A stretch of DNA of 64,000 nt from Candidatus Altimarinota bacterium (GTDB lineage: Bacteria > Patescibacteriota > Gracilibacteria > 1-14-2-50-48-13): positions 1,504,001-1,568,000 of the forward strand of contig JBKBWQ010000001.1 of NCBI GenBank assembly GCA_046314355.1, given 5' to 3'. The notes under the pieces were generated by a model that was not told the origin of the DNA, made no database searches, and saw only the letters and a program-made list of their open reading frames with translations. This document shows, in pieces, positions 19,474 to 29,161 of this stretch. Position 1 is the stretch's first letter; the number at the start of each line of letters is the position of its first letter. A program made the translations under genes and the position numbers.

Positions 19474-19685
19474 ATAGTGAGATGAGATATGATAAAGGAT
19501 TTCTATATAAATATAAGTGTTCCGTAAAGAAAATCTGTATGAAGCCTATTAGATTCTCATGGCAGATATAATTAGATATGCCAAGATATACTTATATTCC
19601 TATAAGTATATCATAGAATTCTTAATGTGAGAGTATGATTTTAGGATGTATCTCACTAGATATTGGAAGAACATCAAGATGTTTT

Positions 19686-20042
19686 CTACTCTACTTTGAT
19701 AGGCAATTCCTCTTCATTCACCTGAAGCATATCAGCATCCATGACTTCGATCTCTACGATGTGATTTTCCTCGTCATCTACAAATTCCTGTTTTACTCCT
19801 CCTATGCATGAGAGGAATTGGTCATCGTCGGTGTCGATGAATTTGTCTCCACCCAGGAATGGATCTAGGAATTCCATACCTTGTTTGACCACTACGCAGC
19901 AGGTCATGCATGCTCCAGCGCGGCAGGAATAGGGGAAGTCGATATTGTAGGATTCAAGCTGCTCCAGGATTGTATCTTTGCCGTTTGCTTTGTATGAAGT
20001 GAATTCTTTTCCGTTGGGGAGTTTTATAACTACGGTTACCAT
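19686..20042 (-). CDS. fdx: Plant/adrenodoxin-type [2Fe-2S] ferredoxin
   Basis: PYSCRAGACMTC...FLSC (C-x4-C-x2-C...C). Confidence 0.9.
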   Translation of the reverse strand: MVTVVIKLPNGKEFTSYKANGKDTILEQLESYNIDFPYSCRAGACMTCCVVVKQGMEFLDPFLGGDKFIDTDDDQFLSCIGGVKQEFVDDEENHIVEIEVMDADMLQVNEEELPIKVE

Positions 20043-20200
20043 TCTAATGTGTCAAAATAATGAAAAGTTGTGTGTATCCTAATGGGAAAAAGGTAAATTG
20101 GCAATATTCATTTATGAAGTATTTAGAGTAGATTTCTTAGAATAGGTTGTATAATGCTTGCGTAATGCTATCTTTTTCTATATTTCTTTCTTTCAAGCAT

Positions 20201-20605
20201 ATGAAAAAAGTTCTACTTTTCGGTTCCTTTGACTATATACATGAAGGGCATAGAGATCTTTTTGCGCAGGCGAAAACATATGGCACGGAGCTTCATGTGG
20301 TGCTTGCGAGAGATAGTACTATTGAAAAGGTAAAGGGCAGACTGCCTACATATTCAGAAGTTGAAAGGAAAATGATGCTTGAACAAGAGGCATTGATAGA
20401 TGTGGTATATCTGGGTAATACAGATGATAAATATAAGATTATCAATGATATCAAACCAGCGGTAATTCTACTTGGGTATGATCAATCACATTTTACGAAT
20501 GGGCTTGAGGAGAAGCTTCATGAATTTGGACTCCAGTGTAAGGTAGAGCGTGCGAAAGCGTATTTTCCTGAAAAATATAAGAGTTCTCTCCTGAAAGAAA
20601 AATAG
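20201..20605 (+). CDS. Cytidylyltransferase-family nucleotidyltransferase, archaeal FAD synthase (RibL)-like
   Basis: FGSFDYIHEGH (HxGH), VVLARD, E.ER, PAVILLGYDQ, YKSS; start moved to ATG 20201. Confidence 0.8.
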   Translation: MKKVLLFGSFDYIHEGHRDLFAQAKTYGTELHVVLARDSTIEKVKGRLPTYSEVERKMMLEQEALIDVVYLGNTDDKYKIINDIKPAVILLGYDQSHFTNGLEEKLHEFGLQCKVERAKAYFPEKYKSSLLKEK

Positions 20606-20664
20606 TAAACTATTGCACTCTCTTTTGAAAGTTACTATAGTACTGCAAATTTTATGTAAAATAT

Positions 20665-21135
20665 ATGGATGTAGCACCAAGCTGTGTTTTAGGAGAATGT
20701 AAAAAAGATATAGAGTACATAGTAAGACCGGGAGCGTATGCACTGATCATGAAAGAGGTAGACGGTCAGACGCTTGTAGGTCTGATAAAGATTGAAGATG
20801 AGCTCTCAAAAAAAGAGAAATATTATTTGGTTGGAGGCGGAATAGAAGACTGTGATAATAATGATTATACATCAGCTCTAAAAAGAGAGATACTTGAGGA
20901 GACGGGATATAGCGCTATAGATGAAGAATTTATAACTAGGATGGATGAGTACTTTTTCTCACCGCACATGAATGGCCACTTTAAAAAAGAGGGGTATTTT
21001 TACCAGATTGTACTCGAAAAAAAGCAGTGTGAACCTCTCGAGACAACTCATGAACTTGTATGGTATCTGCCTGAGACTGCCTTTGAAAAAGTGCATCATC
21101 TCTGTGCAAAGAAACTCATCGAAACTCTCTTGTGA
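20665..21135 (+). CDS. Nudix hydrolase
   Basis: RPGAYALI, GGGIE...ALKREILEETGY. Confidence 0.88.
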   Translation: MDVAPSCVLGECKKDIEYIVRPGAYALIMKEVDGQTLVGLIKIEDELSKKEKYYLVGGGIEDCDNNDYTSALKREILEETGYSAIDEEFITRMDEYFFSPHMNGHFKKEGYFYQIVLEKKQCEPLETTHELVWYLPETAFEKVHHLCAKKLIETLL

Positions 21136-21210
21136 AAGAAAGTTGAAATAATCGTATGTAGGAGCGTATAATGGTATGAAAGGTTCTTTATTTCTTCTTT
21201 CATAAATACA

Positions 21211-21717
21211 GTGGAAAAAAAGAGACTTGCGGTATTGGGAAATAAGAATCCTGAGAAAGTCTATCCAGAACGGGTAGGTGTTTATGCTCTGCCCGTGACG
21301 TTCAATCCAGCAACTAATAGCTACCTCATCGCTGTAGCTGGAGTAAAGAAACCCCATAAGGAGACAATAGACTATCATCTTTTCGGAGGTGCCGAGGAGC
21401 CCGATGATGCTGGAAATCATCTTAGTACTTTAGAGAGAGAACTTCGAGAGGAGGCAGGATGTAGTATTGAAGTATCACAAGAGGACTACATTCATCGTAT
21501 TGATGAGTATGTAGAAGCAAAGACATTAGAATGCGAAAAAATCGGCTACTACTATTATGTAAAGATTATTGAACAAGTACAGGAACCAATAGAATCCAAC
21601 CATACCATTGTCGTAATGCCCATAGAGGAAGCATTAAAAAAACTGCATCATCCCTCTGCGCGGATGATCGTTTGGTACTATATGAAGATGAAGGGAATAT
21701 TGGATCTGGCAGAATAA
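21211..21717 (+). CDS. Nudix hydrolase (tandem paralogue)
   Basis: RVGVYAL, FGGAEE...LERELREEAGC; GTG start. Confidence 0.85.
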   Translation: MEKKRLAVLGNKNPEKVYPERVGVYALPVTFNPATNSYLIAVAGVKKPHKETIDYHLFGGAEEPDDAGNHLSTLERELREEAGCSIEVSQEDYIHRIDEYVEAKTLECEKIGYYYYVKIIEQVQEPIESNHTIVVMPIEEALKKLHHPSARMIVWYYMKMKGILDLAE

Positions 21718-21751
21718 AAAAAGAGCTTCCTTTTGGGGAAGCTCTTTTTTT
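21716..21751. terminator. Bidirectional intrinsic terminator
   Basis: A tract-GAGCTTCC...GGAAGCTC-T tract. Confidence 0.9.
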
Positions 21752-21757
21752 ATTTAT

Positions 21758-22903
21758 TTACCACTTTGCTATCTGAGTTCTGAATGTATCCCATAATTTA
21801 TTATTTGATCCATAGGAGAAGAGAGAGAATCCCTTCATCTTATTTGCCCGTGTCACCATGATCTGATTCCAAGTCTCAACAGCAGAGAAGTCTGTGGTAG
21901 ACATACCGACCACCACTTTATTTGGGTTCACGCTCGCGAAGTCTTTCACAAGGGTCGTAAAGTCCGGTTTTGCTCCGATAGTCCAATAGATCATTGGAGT
22001 AATGAAATCTACTCTACTTTCCTTGATCCATCGTTTTGAATCCTGCAGATATTTATCGTAACTTCCGCTCTTTGCAAGTCCCCAATTCCATTTATCTACA
22101 TGATATCCGATAACGGCTGCAGAGAGCTTCTTTTTGTGTGCGGAAGTTTCATGGACTATGTCAGCGATCTTAGTGACAAATTTTGTAAGTTCATCTCTTC
22201 TCCAGTTTGAAAAATCCTTAAATTTCTTCTGGGCTTTAAATCTTTTTTGTGAAATCTCACTGTAACCATAGCTTGCAGAAGGATAGCGGACATAGTCTAA
22301 ATGAAGACCATCAACATTATATTTTGTAACGATCTCTCTAAATACTTTTATAAGATGCTGCTGTAGATCAAGATTTGCAGGATCGGCGAAAATGTAGCTA
22401 TCATTGAGATCCATCTTTTGTCCCTTATCATTTACCTGGAACCACTCAGGATGTGCATAATATAAATGCTGAGGAACTGCAGTCTTGTCTGGAGCTGTTT
22501 TCCCCTGCCAGACGGTAAATACATTTACCCATGCATGAACCTGCAGACCATTTTTATGTCCCTCATCTATAGCAGTCTGGAGCGGATCGTAGCCAGGATC
22601 TTTGCCGAGAGTACCTGTAAGCATCTTGCTCCAAGGTTCATATGAGGATTTGTAGAAAGCATCAGCCTCACCTCGCACCTGGAAGAAGACAGTGTTAAAG
22701 TTATTTTTCTTGATATCTGCCATGATTCTTACGATATCCGCTTTTGTTTTAAACTGAAAACGTGATACCCACACTGCTCTTACTTCGCCCTTTGCAGGAG
22801 CGATCTCTGCATACTGCTTTGGGGCTTCTGCTGCGGAAGTGAGAGGCGTAAAAGCCTGTAGGGCAATGATGAATGCTAAAGATAAGCTGAGTAGTTTTTT
22901 CAT
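21758..22903 (-). CDS. Secreted GHL10/DUF187 glycoside hydrolase (YddW/DigH-like)
   Basis: Signal peptide; EVRAVW, NTVFFQVR, EPWS..LTG..GKDPGYDPL, VHAWVN, VDGLHLDYVRY, PMIYW. Confidence 0.88.
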   Translation of the reverse strand: MKKLLSLSLAFIIALQAFTPLTSAAEAPKQYAEIAPAKGEVRAVWVSRFQFKTKADIVRIMADIKKNNFNTVFFQVRGEADAFYKSSYEPWSKMLTGTLGKDPGYDPLQTAIDEGHKNGLQVHAWVNVFTVWQGKTAPDKTAVPQHLYYAHPEWFQVNDKGQKMDLNDSYIFADPANLDLQQHLIKVFREIVTKYNVDGLHLDYVRYPSASYGYSEISQKRFKAQKKFKDFSNWRRDELTKFVTKIADIVHETSAHKKKLSAAVIGYHVDKWNWGLAKSGSYDKYLQDSKRWIKESRVDFITPMIYWTIGAKPDFTTLVKDFASVNPNKVVVGMSTTDFSAVETWNQIMVTRANKMKGFSLFSYGSNNKLWDTFRTQIAKW

Positions 22904-23138
22904 GATATATGCAAAATATTATATGATCAAAGTATAGGGCAGATTGGAGATAGGACAATTGATGTATGGAAAATTTATGTTTTGTATATAGATTACATTC
23001 TCTTATATCCTATATATAAGACGTTAAAATAAAGAATAAGTTACATTTTTTTGACTTATCCTAGCATATGAACAGTTTTCTATTACAATAAGTAAGTGTC
23101 TCCAAAAAGAGCACAATCTTTTTATCAATATAGTTTTT

Positions 23139-24920
23139 ATGAATACAAATAGTGAACAAAAGAAGACGTCTTTAAAAACCTTCTATCCATATCTTTTCGA
23201 ATATAAAGGTCGCGTAACCATCGTATTTATTTTGATGATTCTAGCGAAGGTTGCGAGTGTGACCGCTCCGCTTTATCTGAAACAGATTGTGGATTTCCTT
23301 CAGGCAAGTATTACCACCACCGTTGTCTTTTCTACTCTGCTGTTTCTTATCGGAGTGTATTTTGTCCTGCGAGCGCTCTCGGCGGGCTTGAGTGAATGGA
23401 AGGATTTTCTTTTTACAAAGGCAGAAGTAAATATCGTGAGAAAAGTAAGCCGAGATGTATTTGCACATTTGCATAAACTTTCTCTCGCTTTTCATCTGGA
23501 GAAAAAAACAGGTGCTCTTGCAACAAAGGTTACAAGAGGTATAGGCGGTATTGAATTTGTATTTAGATTCATGCTCTTTACGATTGTCCCGACGATACTT
23601 GAAATCCTTTTTGTGGTGGGAATCCTACTTGCGAATTATCATTGGTCTTTTACAGTAGTCACTCTTGTGACTCTTATTATCTATATTTTCTTTACGATTT
23701 ATCTTACTGAGACTAGAAATAAGGTTAATAGAGAGCTCAATATGTACAGCAATGAAGCACAGGGAAAATCCATCGACAGTCTCACAAACTTTGAAACGGT
23801 AAAATATTTCACTAATGAGACTCATGAGATCAACCGCTATGATGAATCTCTCAAATCAATCGCTGATACAAATTTGAAGTCAAAGAAATTTCTTTATCTT
23901 CTGAACTTTGGACAGGGATTTATCATTACTCTCGGTGTAGTAACTCTCATATATCTCGCTTCCATCAATGTACTAGATAGGGCAATGACCATCGGAGACT
24001 TTACTCTTGTGACGGTTTATATCGCGCAGCTCTCTATTCCTCTTGGGTTTCTGGGATTTGTCTACAGACAGATCAAAGAGAGCATGGTGAATATGGAAGA
24101 TATGTTTGATCTTTTGAATATTAATGCGGATATTGCAGACAAGCCGGATGCGAAAAATCTTGAAGGATTTAAAGAGAAAGTAAGTTTCGATCATGTTCAT
24201 CTATCTTATCAGGAAGAAAGAGAAATACTTCACAATATTTCCTTCGACATTCCAAAGGGAAAGACTGTAGCACTTGTAGGTTCTTCCGGATCAGGTAAAA
24301 CCTCACTTGCGAGACTTCTTTTTAGATTTTATGATGTGACAAAGGGGGCGATTCTTTTTGACGGACAGGACATCAGAGATATCACTCAGAAATCTCTCAG
24401 GACTCAGATAGGATTTGTACCGCAGGATACAGTACTTTTCAATGACAGTATTTTCTATAACATTTCATACGGAAAACCAGGTGCAACGAAGGAAGAAGTA
24501 TATGAGGCAGCAAAAAAAGCGAATATTCATACATTTATAGAAAGTCTCCCGCAAGGATATGAGACAGTAGTAGGAGAGCGAGGACTTCGTCTCTCAGGAG
24601 GTGAGAAGCAGCGTGTTGCCATAGCAAGAGTTATCCTCAAAGGATCGCCAATACTTGTATTTGATGAAGCCACTTCAGCACTGGACTCTAAGTCTGAAAA
24701 TGTGATCCAGGATGCTATACGAGCTCTCTCAAAAGAAAGAACAATGCTGATCATCGCGCATAGACTCTCAACTGTAGCTCACGCAGATGAGATCCTCGTA
24801 CTTGAGCATGGCGAGATCAAAGAGCGGGGAACACATAAGGAACTCCTTGAAATAGGAGGAGTTTACGAGCACCTCTGGCATCTCCAGCAGGCTGGAAAAG
24901 CGAGAGATATAGAAGTATAA
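23139..24920 (+). CDS. atm1: ABC half-transporter, ATM1/HMT1 family
   Basis: FAHLHKLSLAFHL, DSLTNFETVKYF, PLGFLGFVYRQIK, GSSGSGKT, VPQDTVLFND, LSGGEKQR, FDEATSALD. Confidence 0.92.
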   Translation: MNTNSEQKKTSLKTFYPYLFEYKGRVTIVFILMILAKVASVTAPLYLKQIVDFLQASITTTVVFSTLLFLIGVYFVLRALSAGLSEWKDFLFTKAEVNIVRKVSRDVFAHLHKLSLAFHLEKKTGALATKVTRGIGGIEFVFRFMLFTIVPTILEILFVVGILLANYHWSFTVVTLVTLIIYIFFTIYLTETRNKVNRELNMYSNEAQGKSIDSLTNFETVKYFTNETHEINRYDESLKSIADTNLKSKKFLYLLNFGQGFIITLGVVTLIYLASINVLDRAMTIGDFTLVTVYIAQLSIPLGFLGFVYRQIKESMVNMEDMFDLLNINADIADKPDAKNLEGFKEKVSFDHVHLSYQEEREILHNISFDIPKGKTVALVGSSGSGKTSLARLLFRFYDVTKGAILFDGQDIRDITQKSLRTQIGFVPQDTVLFNDSIFYNISYGKPGATKEEVYEAAKKANIHTFIESLPQGYETVVGERGLRLSGGEKQRVAIARVILKGSPILVFDEATSALDSKSENVIQDAIRALSKERTMLIIAHRLSTVAHADEILVLEHGEIKERGTHKELLEIGGVYEHLWHLQQAGKARDIEV

Positions 24921-24921
24921 A

Positions 24922-25036
24922 GGAGTGACTAGTAACTAGTGACTGTCACTAGTTACTCCAGAGCCAATCCCCCTGAGAAGGGGGACCTAAGGGGTTTGAG
25001 CCCTCAATTACTTAATTACAATTTACTCAATTACTT
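24922..25036. repeat. Composite intergenic repeats: 7-mer tandem/inverted repeat, CCCCCT/AGGGGG palindrome, 8-mer tandem repeat
   Basis: AGTAACTAGTGAC-T-GTCACTAGTTACT (24931-24957); TCCCCCT-GAGA-AGGGGGA-CCT-AAGGGGTTT (24968-24997); CTCAATTA/CTTAATTA units (25003-25036). Confidence 0.65.
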
Positions 25037-25043
25037 GAGCCCC

Positions 25044-25274
25044 ATGTTCGACTACATAATTGAAGCAATAAAAAAAGCCATCCCTGATGCAGAAGTTATT
25101 ATCAGAGATCCGCGGAATGATGGAGTGCACCTTGCGGCTACAGTGATCTCTAAGGAGTTTGAAGGAAAAGGATTGGTCGCTCAGCATCGTATGGTGATGA
25201 ATGCATTGAAGGAGGAGTTTAAGGAGGATCTGCATGCGCTGAGTTTGACGACAAAAGTGAAAAAAGAAGAATAG
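25044..25274 (+). CDS. bolA: BolA/IbaG family protein
   Basis: DGVHL...VISKEFEGKGLVAQHRMV...LHALSLTT; start at ATG 25044 (longer ORF runs through repeats). Confidence 0.9.
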   Translation: MFDYIIEAIKKAIPDAEVIIRDPRNDGVHLAATVISKEFEGKGLVAQHRMVMNALKEEFKEDLHALSLTTKVKKEE

Positions 25275-25289
25275 CATGCGTAAATGAAG

Positions 25290-25328
25290 AAAAGAGTACG
25301 TGATCTCTCTAGGTCACGTACTCTTTTT
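25290..25328 (+). terminator. Intrinsic terminator after bolA
   Basis: AAAAGAGTACGTGA...TCACGTACTCTTTTT. Confidence 0.85.
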
Positions 25329-25517
25329 AATAAATTTTTTATGAGATATATCTTTAGTTTTTATATATCTGTAATGAAAAAATATGCAGTAAAATTTCAC
25401 TAAAAAAAACTGTCGGTAAGATGAATAATTTCTTCTTCTTAGATATCTTCAATTTTAAAGGCAATTTTTTTAATTATTCATTTAAAAAATAGCTTTAATA
25501 GAAGCAATTCTTTTTTA

Positions 25518-25584
25518 TTGACAAATATAAAACTAGTTATATATTGTATCGCGTTCGATATGATATTTGAAAATTAGGAAGGAG
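25518..25584 (+). promoter_or_regulatory. Candidate sigma70 promoter plus Shine-Dalgarno
   Basis: TTGACA-16-TATATT, AAGGAG before ATG 25595. Confidence 0.6.
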
Positions 25585-25594
25585 ATAAAAATCT

Positions 25595-26878
25595 ATGAAA
25601 ATAGATAATGTTTTAGCCATGGTATACAGCGGAATTTTTTCGGAGGAATTGAAAACTCTGTTGAAGGAAGATGACTATACAAATAGTTCATCAAAGATGA
25701 AGCTTTTCTTGCTTACTGCAGGAAAAGTGGAGATGCTGTATCCGAAGAACGATGATGAGATTTCTCTTCTTCGTGAATTGGAAGATACTATGACTCCTCA
25801 AATGGAGGAGTATGTAATTGAAAATGAGGAGGTTTTTGAATTTATCGATAAGGCCTTTAAAACACCTGAATCTTTTCTGCGTAAACTTGAGCTTTCAGTT
25901 CAGGTAGATGAGAGAGAAGAAAGGGTGCAAGAAGAGGTGGAGAGCATATCTCCAAAAACTATACTCAATAATTATAGAGCTGATGCCAAACAAACTTGGG
26001 AAACTCTTGCAGACATCTTAGGTGTCAAAGCAGATTATCTCAAAAAGATGGGACATAGTCGTCCTTTAGGTATGCCAATGATCGCAAAGATTTATTATCT
26101 TACCGGTAATAAGGTCTTTGCCCCTCCAGAAACTCCTTCTTTGACCACAAAGAAAGTCTATGAAGAGGCGAAGCGAATCGTAGAAACAAATGCTTCACTG
26201 CATAATTTCCCTTTAGCATCTGCTGAAGAGAAAAATGCCGGTACTACTGATTCAGATAATACTGGAGAGGTATCTGGTGATGCTGAAGCAGAGGAACAGG
26301 ATTTTACTCTTGCTGAAGATCTGGTTGAAGATTCTTCTACTCTCTCTCAAAAAGATGTAGTTGAAGAAAATATTCCGGTGAAATCTCATGAGAACATTCT
26401 TGAAAGTTCTGAACAAATTGCAAATAATGAAGAGAAATCTTCAGAAGAAATGCACAATGCTGAGGAGCAAGATCCACTCGATAAAGATCTTGTGAATATC
26501 AAAAATGCGTTTGATGAGATAGGACTCTCACCTAATGAAGTTCCGTCAGTGATTCGTATGATGTATTTTGCAGGACTACTTGAAGGGAAAGTTCATTCCA
26601 GTGAAGGAGTGCGCTTCTCAGTCACCTCTGCGGGATTTAAGCCTCTAGATCTTCCACAATTTAAAACTGAGGAAATTCTAGATACAATAAATCTGATCCG
26701 TGAGTTACGCTCAAGACTTTATAAAGCTTCTCAATCCGAGTTGCCTAAAAAGGATGTTGTATATGATCAGCTTGAAAAAGAGCTGAACTCTCTTTTCGAT
26801 GCATATCTTGCATTTGGAAAGAGAAACCCTTTTGCCGCGGCAAAGGATATTGAATTAAAGAAAAAGATGAGAATGTAA
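25595..26878 (+). CDS. Hypothetical protein with internal XRE-like helix-turn-helix and acidic linker
   Basis: LNNYRADAKQTWETLADILGVKADYLKKM..SRP....IAKIYYLTG resembles an XRE HTH; E/D/S-rich central linker. Confidence 0.7.
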   Translation: MKIDNVLAMVYSGIFSEELKTLLKEDDYTNSSSKMKLFLLTAGKVEMLYPKNDDEISLLRELEDTMTPQMEEYVIENEEVFEFIDKAFKTPESFLRKLELSVQVDEREERVQEEVESISPKTILNNYRADAKQTWETLADILGVKADYLKKMGHSRPLGMPMIAKIYYLTGNKVFAPPETPSLTTKKVYEEAKRIVETNASLHNFPLASAEEKNAGTTDSDNTGEVSGDAEAEEQDFTLAEDLVEDSSTLSQKDVVEENIPVKSHENILESSEQIANNEEKSSEEMHNAEEQDPLDKDLVNIKNAFDEIGLSPNEVPSVIRMMYFAGLLEGKVHSSEGVRFSVTSAGFKPLDLPQFKTEEILDTINLIRELRSRLYKASQSELPKKDVVYDQLEKELNSLFDAYLAFGKRNPFAAAKDIELKKKMRM

Positions 26879-26902
26879 ATAATTGAAACCGGAGGAAATT
26901 TA

Positions 26903-28954
26903 ATGAACGATACTACTGTTAATCTTGAAAATTCAGAAGAAACAACTGAATTAGACAGATCAAAACTAGTTGATAGCTTTATCAATGGGTTGGCTTCAGG
27001 ACCTAATGCCATTGGTGTAGTCGCGCAGCAGCTGGGTGAAAACTCAGAAGATGCTTTTGCTAAAGAGATTAGAATTATCGTGGATTATCTAAAAAGACGA
27101 ATGATCTTTTGGGATAACGGATCAGGTATGACAAAAGATGTAGAAATTAAAAAATTCTTTTCTATTCACGTACCAGATACATCGCGTCCGAAGATTGGAG
27201 TTAATAACTCCGGTCGTATCAGTACACTTGCAATTGCTAAAAGCATGCGTGTTGTGACAGTTTCGAAGGAAACTCTGCGTAATGGTGAAGCCTATGAGAT
27301 TAAATTTGATAGAAAAACTGTTGAAATTATCTTTAAGGGTGGGACAAAGATTTCAAATCTTTACTCTACCATCAAGCTGGAAGATTCTGATTTAAAAGAA
27401 TATTTACCTAGTACTGGGACTGTAACAATATTGGAGGATATTGATGAAAAATTTCTTAGAAGTGAAGAAGAAATTCTCAAAATGCTCTCAGTGAGACTAT
27501 TGCCAAATGTGGCAAAGAAAGTTTTATTGAACGGTCAGACTGTTCCTAAACGTCCAACACTTGGGAAGCCAATTACTGTTCATCAGAAGCACCCAACTTT
27601 GGGTAAAATTGATGTAGAACTATTTATTTCACCGGAACCAAATGCCGGAGGGATACAAATTGCTGGGAAAGGAACTATTTTTCATTCTTTTGAAGATTTT
27701 GTTGAAAAAACATTTCCAAATGTTTATAGACCAGCAATTCCTTCACACCTTTTTTATCGAAATGTAGGTGGTTATATCGCAGTTGAAAAACTTAATGAGT
27801 ACCGTCCGCATGGGAGTTCTACCTTGAGAGACGACTTTGTCGGCTCTCAGGATATGAAAGATCTCTTAGAATTTCTCGATACAGTTGTCGGAAAGCAGTT
27901 AAAAGAGCTTTTCGATAAACTTAACAATACCAAGGAACGTCAAAAACGTACTGGGACTAGTAATTACATTATTGAAAGAATCAATGCTGTTTTTCCTATA
28001 ACCGGCACGGAGATGATGGCCCTTAAAAGATCTGAAAATGAGGATGTGAATGCAGGTTTTAAAGTTAATAAAGCTGCTTCACAGATTGACCCTCCGGCTA
28101 CAGTTGATCTAGAGGAGTTAAAACTCTTACATGTAAGTAAGAAATCCATTGAACTTTATCCAAACGAAGAAGTGAGTATTCAGGTTACAAAATTGATATT
28201 TACCTCAGGAGAATTTGAGTGGACATGCTCTAAGGATGCAGGAGTCGTCGTTAAAAAAGATCCGAAAGGTATCAAAGTAGTATTTAAAGCCGGAGTTAAA
28301 CCTGGTGATTATGCTCTCGTTGTAAAAGATATTCATCAGGACATGAAAGCAGAAATTTTGATTTCTATTGTTGATGAAAAACAACTAAAAATCTCACCTC
28401 GTAAGATTGAGATTGCAGTTGGAAATAGTCAGATCTTTAGTCTGAAAAATTATGATGATAAGGAAACTTATACCTGGTCTGTGGAACCACCACATGTCGG
28501 TATGGTCTTATCCCATAAGACTGGCCCTGAAACTGAGCTTAGTGTTACACACGAAGCAGACGCCGGTGACTACAAAGTTACCGCTGTTTCAAATGAAGGG
28601 AAAACAGTTTCTGCACAGGTACGTATTCCTGTAGTACAAGAAAATAGTAACCTGATCAGATTTGAGGATCAATACTATATATGGACTGCTATCTACATCA
28701 AAGGTATGGATATGGTTCAATTACAGAATACTGAACAAAGAGTGAATGGCGTATACATGCCTTTGATAGAAGTCAATTTTGCTCATTCTCTCATAAAGAG
28801 CATTGAGGACCAATCTGCAGTCTATCAGGCCATATTACCGTGTTTATTGATCACTCATCTTGAATTTAGAGCACAAAATGTCAAGATTGACTACTCAATG
28901 ATTACACGTAAATTTAACGAATTGTACCAGTCACTTCTGATTTCTCCTTCCTAA
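26903..28954 (+). CDS. Divergent MORC-type GHKL ATPase with two Ig-like (Big_2-like) domains
   Basis: QLGENSEDA, DNGSGMT, IGVNNSG, TGTVTILED; S5-like VGGYIAVEKL; two Ig-like repeats; C-terminal IEVNFAHSLI; GGAGG SD. Confidence 0.8.
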   Translation: MNDTTVNLENSEETTELDRSKLVDSFINGLASGPNAIGVVAQQLGENSEDAFAKEIRIIVDYLKRRMIFWDNGSGMTKDVEIKKFFSIHVPDTSRPKIGVNNSGRISTLAIAKSMRVVTVSKETLRNGEAYEIKFDRKTVEIIFKGGTKISNLYSTIKLEDSDLKEYLPSTGTVTILEDIDEKFLRSEEEILKMLSVRLLPNVAKKVLLNGQTVPKRPTLGKPITVHQKHPTLGKIDVELFISPEPNAGGIQIAGKGTIFHSFEDFVEKTFPNVYRPAIPSHLFYRNVGGYIAVEKLNEYRPHGSSTLRDDFVGSQDMKDLLEFLDTVVGKQLKELFDKLNNTKERQKRTGTSNYIIERINAVFPITGTEMMALKRSENEDVNAGFKVNKAASQIDPPATVDLEELKLLHVSKKSIELYPNEEVSIQVTKLIFTSGEFEWTCSKDAGVVVKKDPKGIKVVFKAGVKPGDYALVVKDIHQDMKAEILISIVDEKQLKISPRKIEIAVGNSQIFSLKNYDDKETYTWSVEPPHVGMVLSHKTGPETELSVTHEADAGDYKVTAVSNEGKTVSAQVRIPVVQENSNLIRFEDQYYIWTAIYIKGMDMVQLQNTEQRVNGVYMPLIEVNFAHSLIKSIEDQSAVYQAILPCLLITHLEFRAQNVKIDYSMITRKFNELYQSLLISPS

Positions 28955-28981
28955 TAAATAATAGCATTTCAATGAACCACC

Positions 28982-29007
28982 ACTCCGACTCTTGTCGGAG
29001 TTTTTTT
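28982..29007 (+). terminator. Intrinsic terminator closing the HTH-GHKL operon
   Basis: ACTCCGAC-TCTT-GTCGGAGT-TTTTTT. Confidence 0.85.
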
Positions 29008-29110
29008 GTCCAAAATTTTTTCTTACTGCTCATCATTGATGAAGAGGATTTGATTTATGAGGCTCAATGATTATTAAATCTGGAGATAGAGAGTATCGGT
29101 ACTTAAGATC

Positions 29111-29158
29111 TCTAAAATAAAAAGCCTCTACCCAAAGATAGAGGCTTTTTATTTTAGA
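29111..29158 (-). terminator. Terminator with perfect 20-bp inverted repeat
   Basis: TCTAAAATAAAAAGCCTCTA-8nt-TAGAGGCTTTTTATTTTAGA just after stop of 29162 gene. Confidence 0.85.
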
Positions 29159-29161
29159 TTA

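Noticed and set aside
24939-25043. N-terminal extension of BolA in the ORF track
   Set aside because: It translates intergenic repeats; BolA similarity begins at ATG 25044
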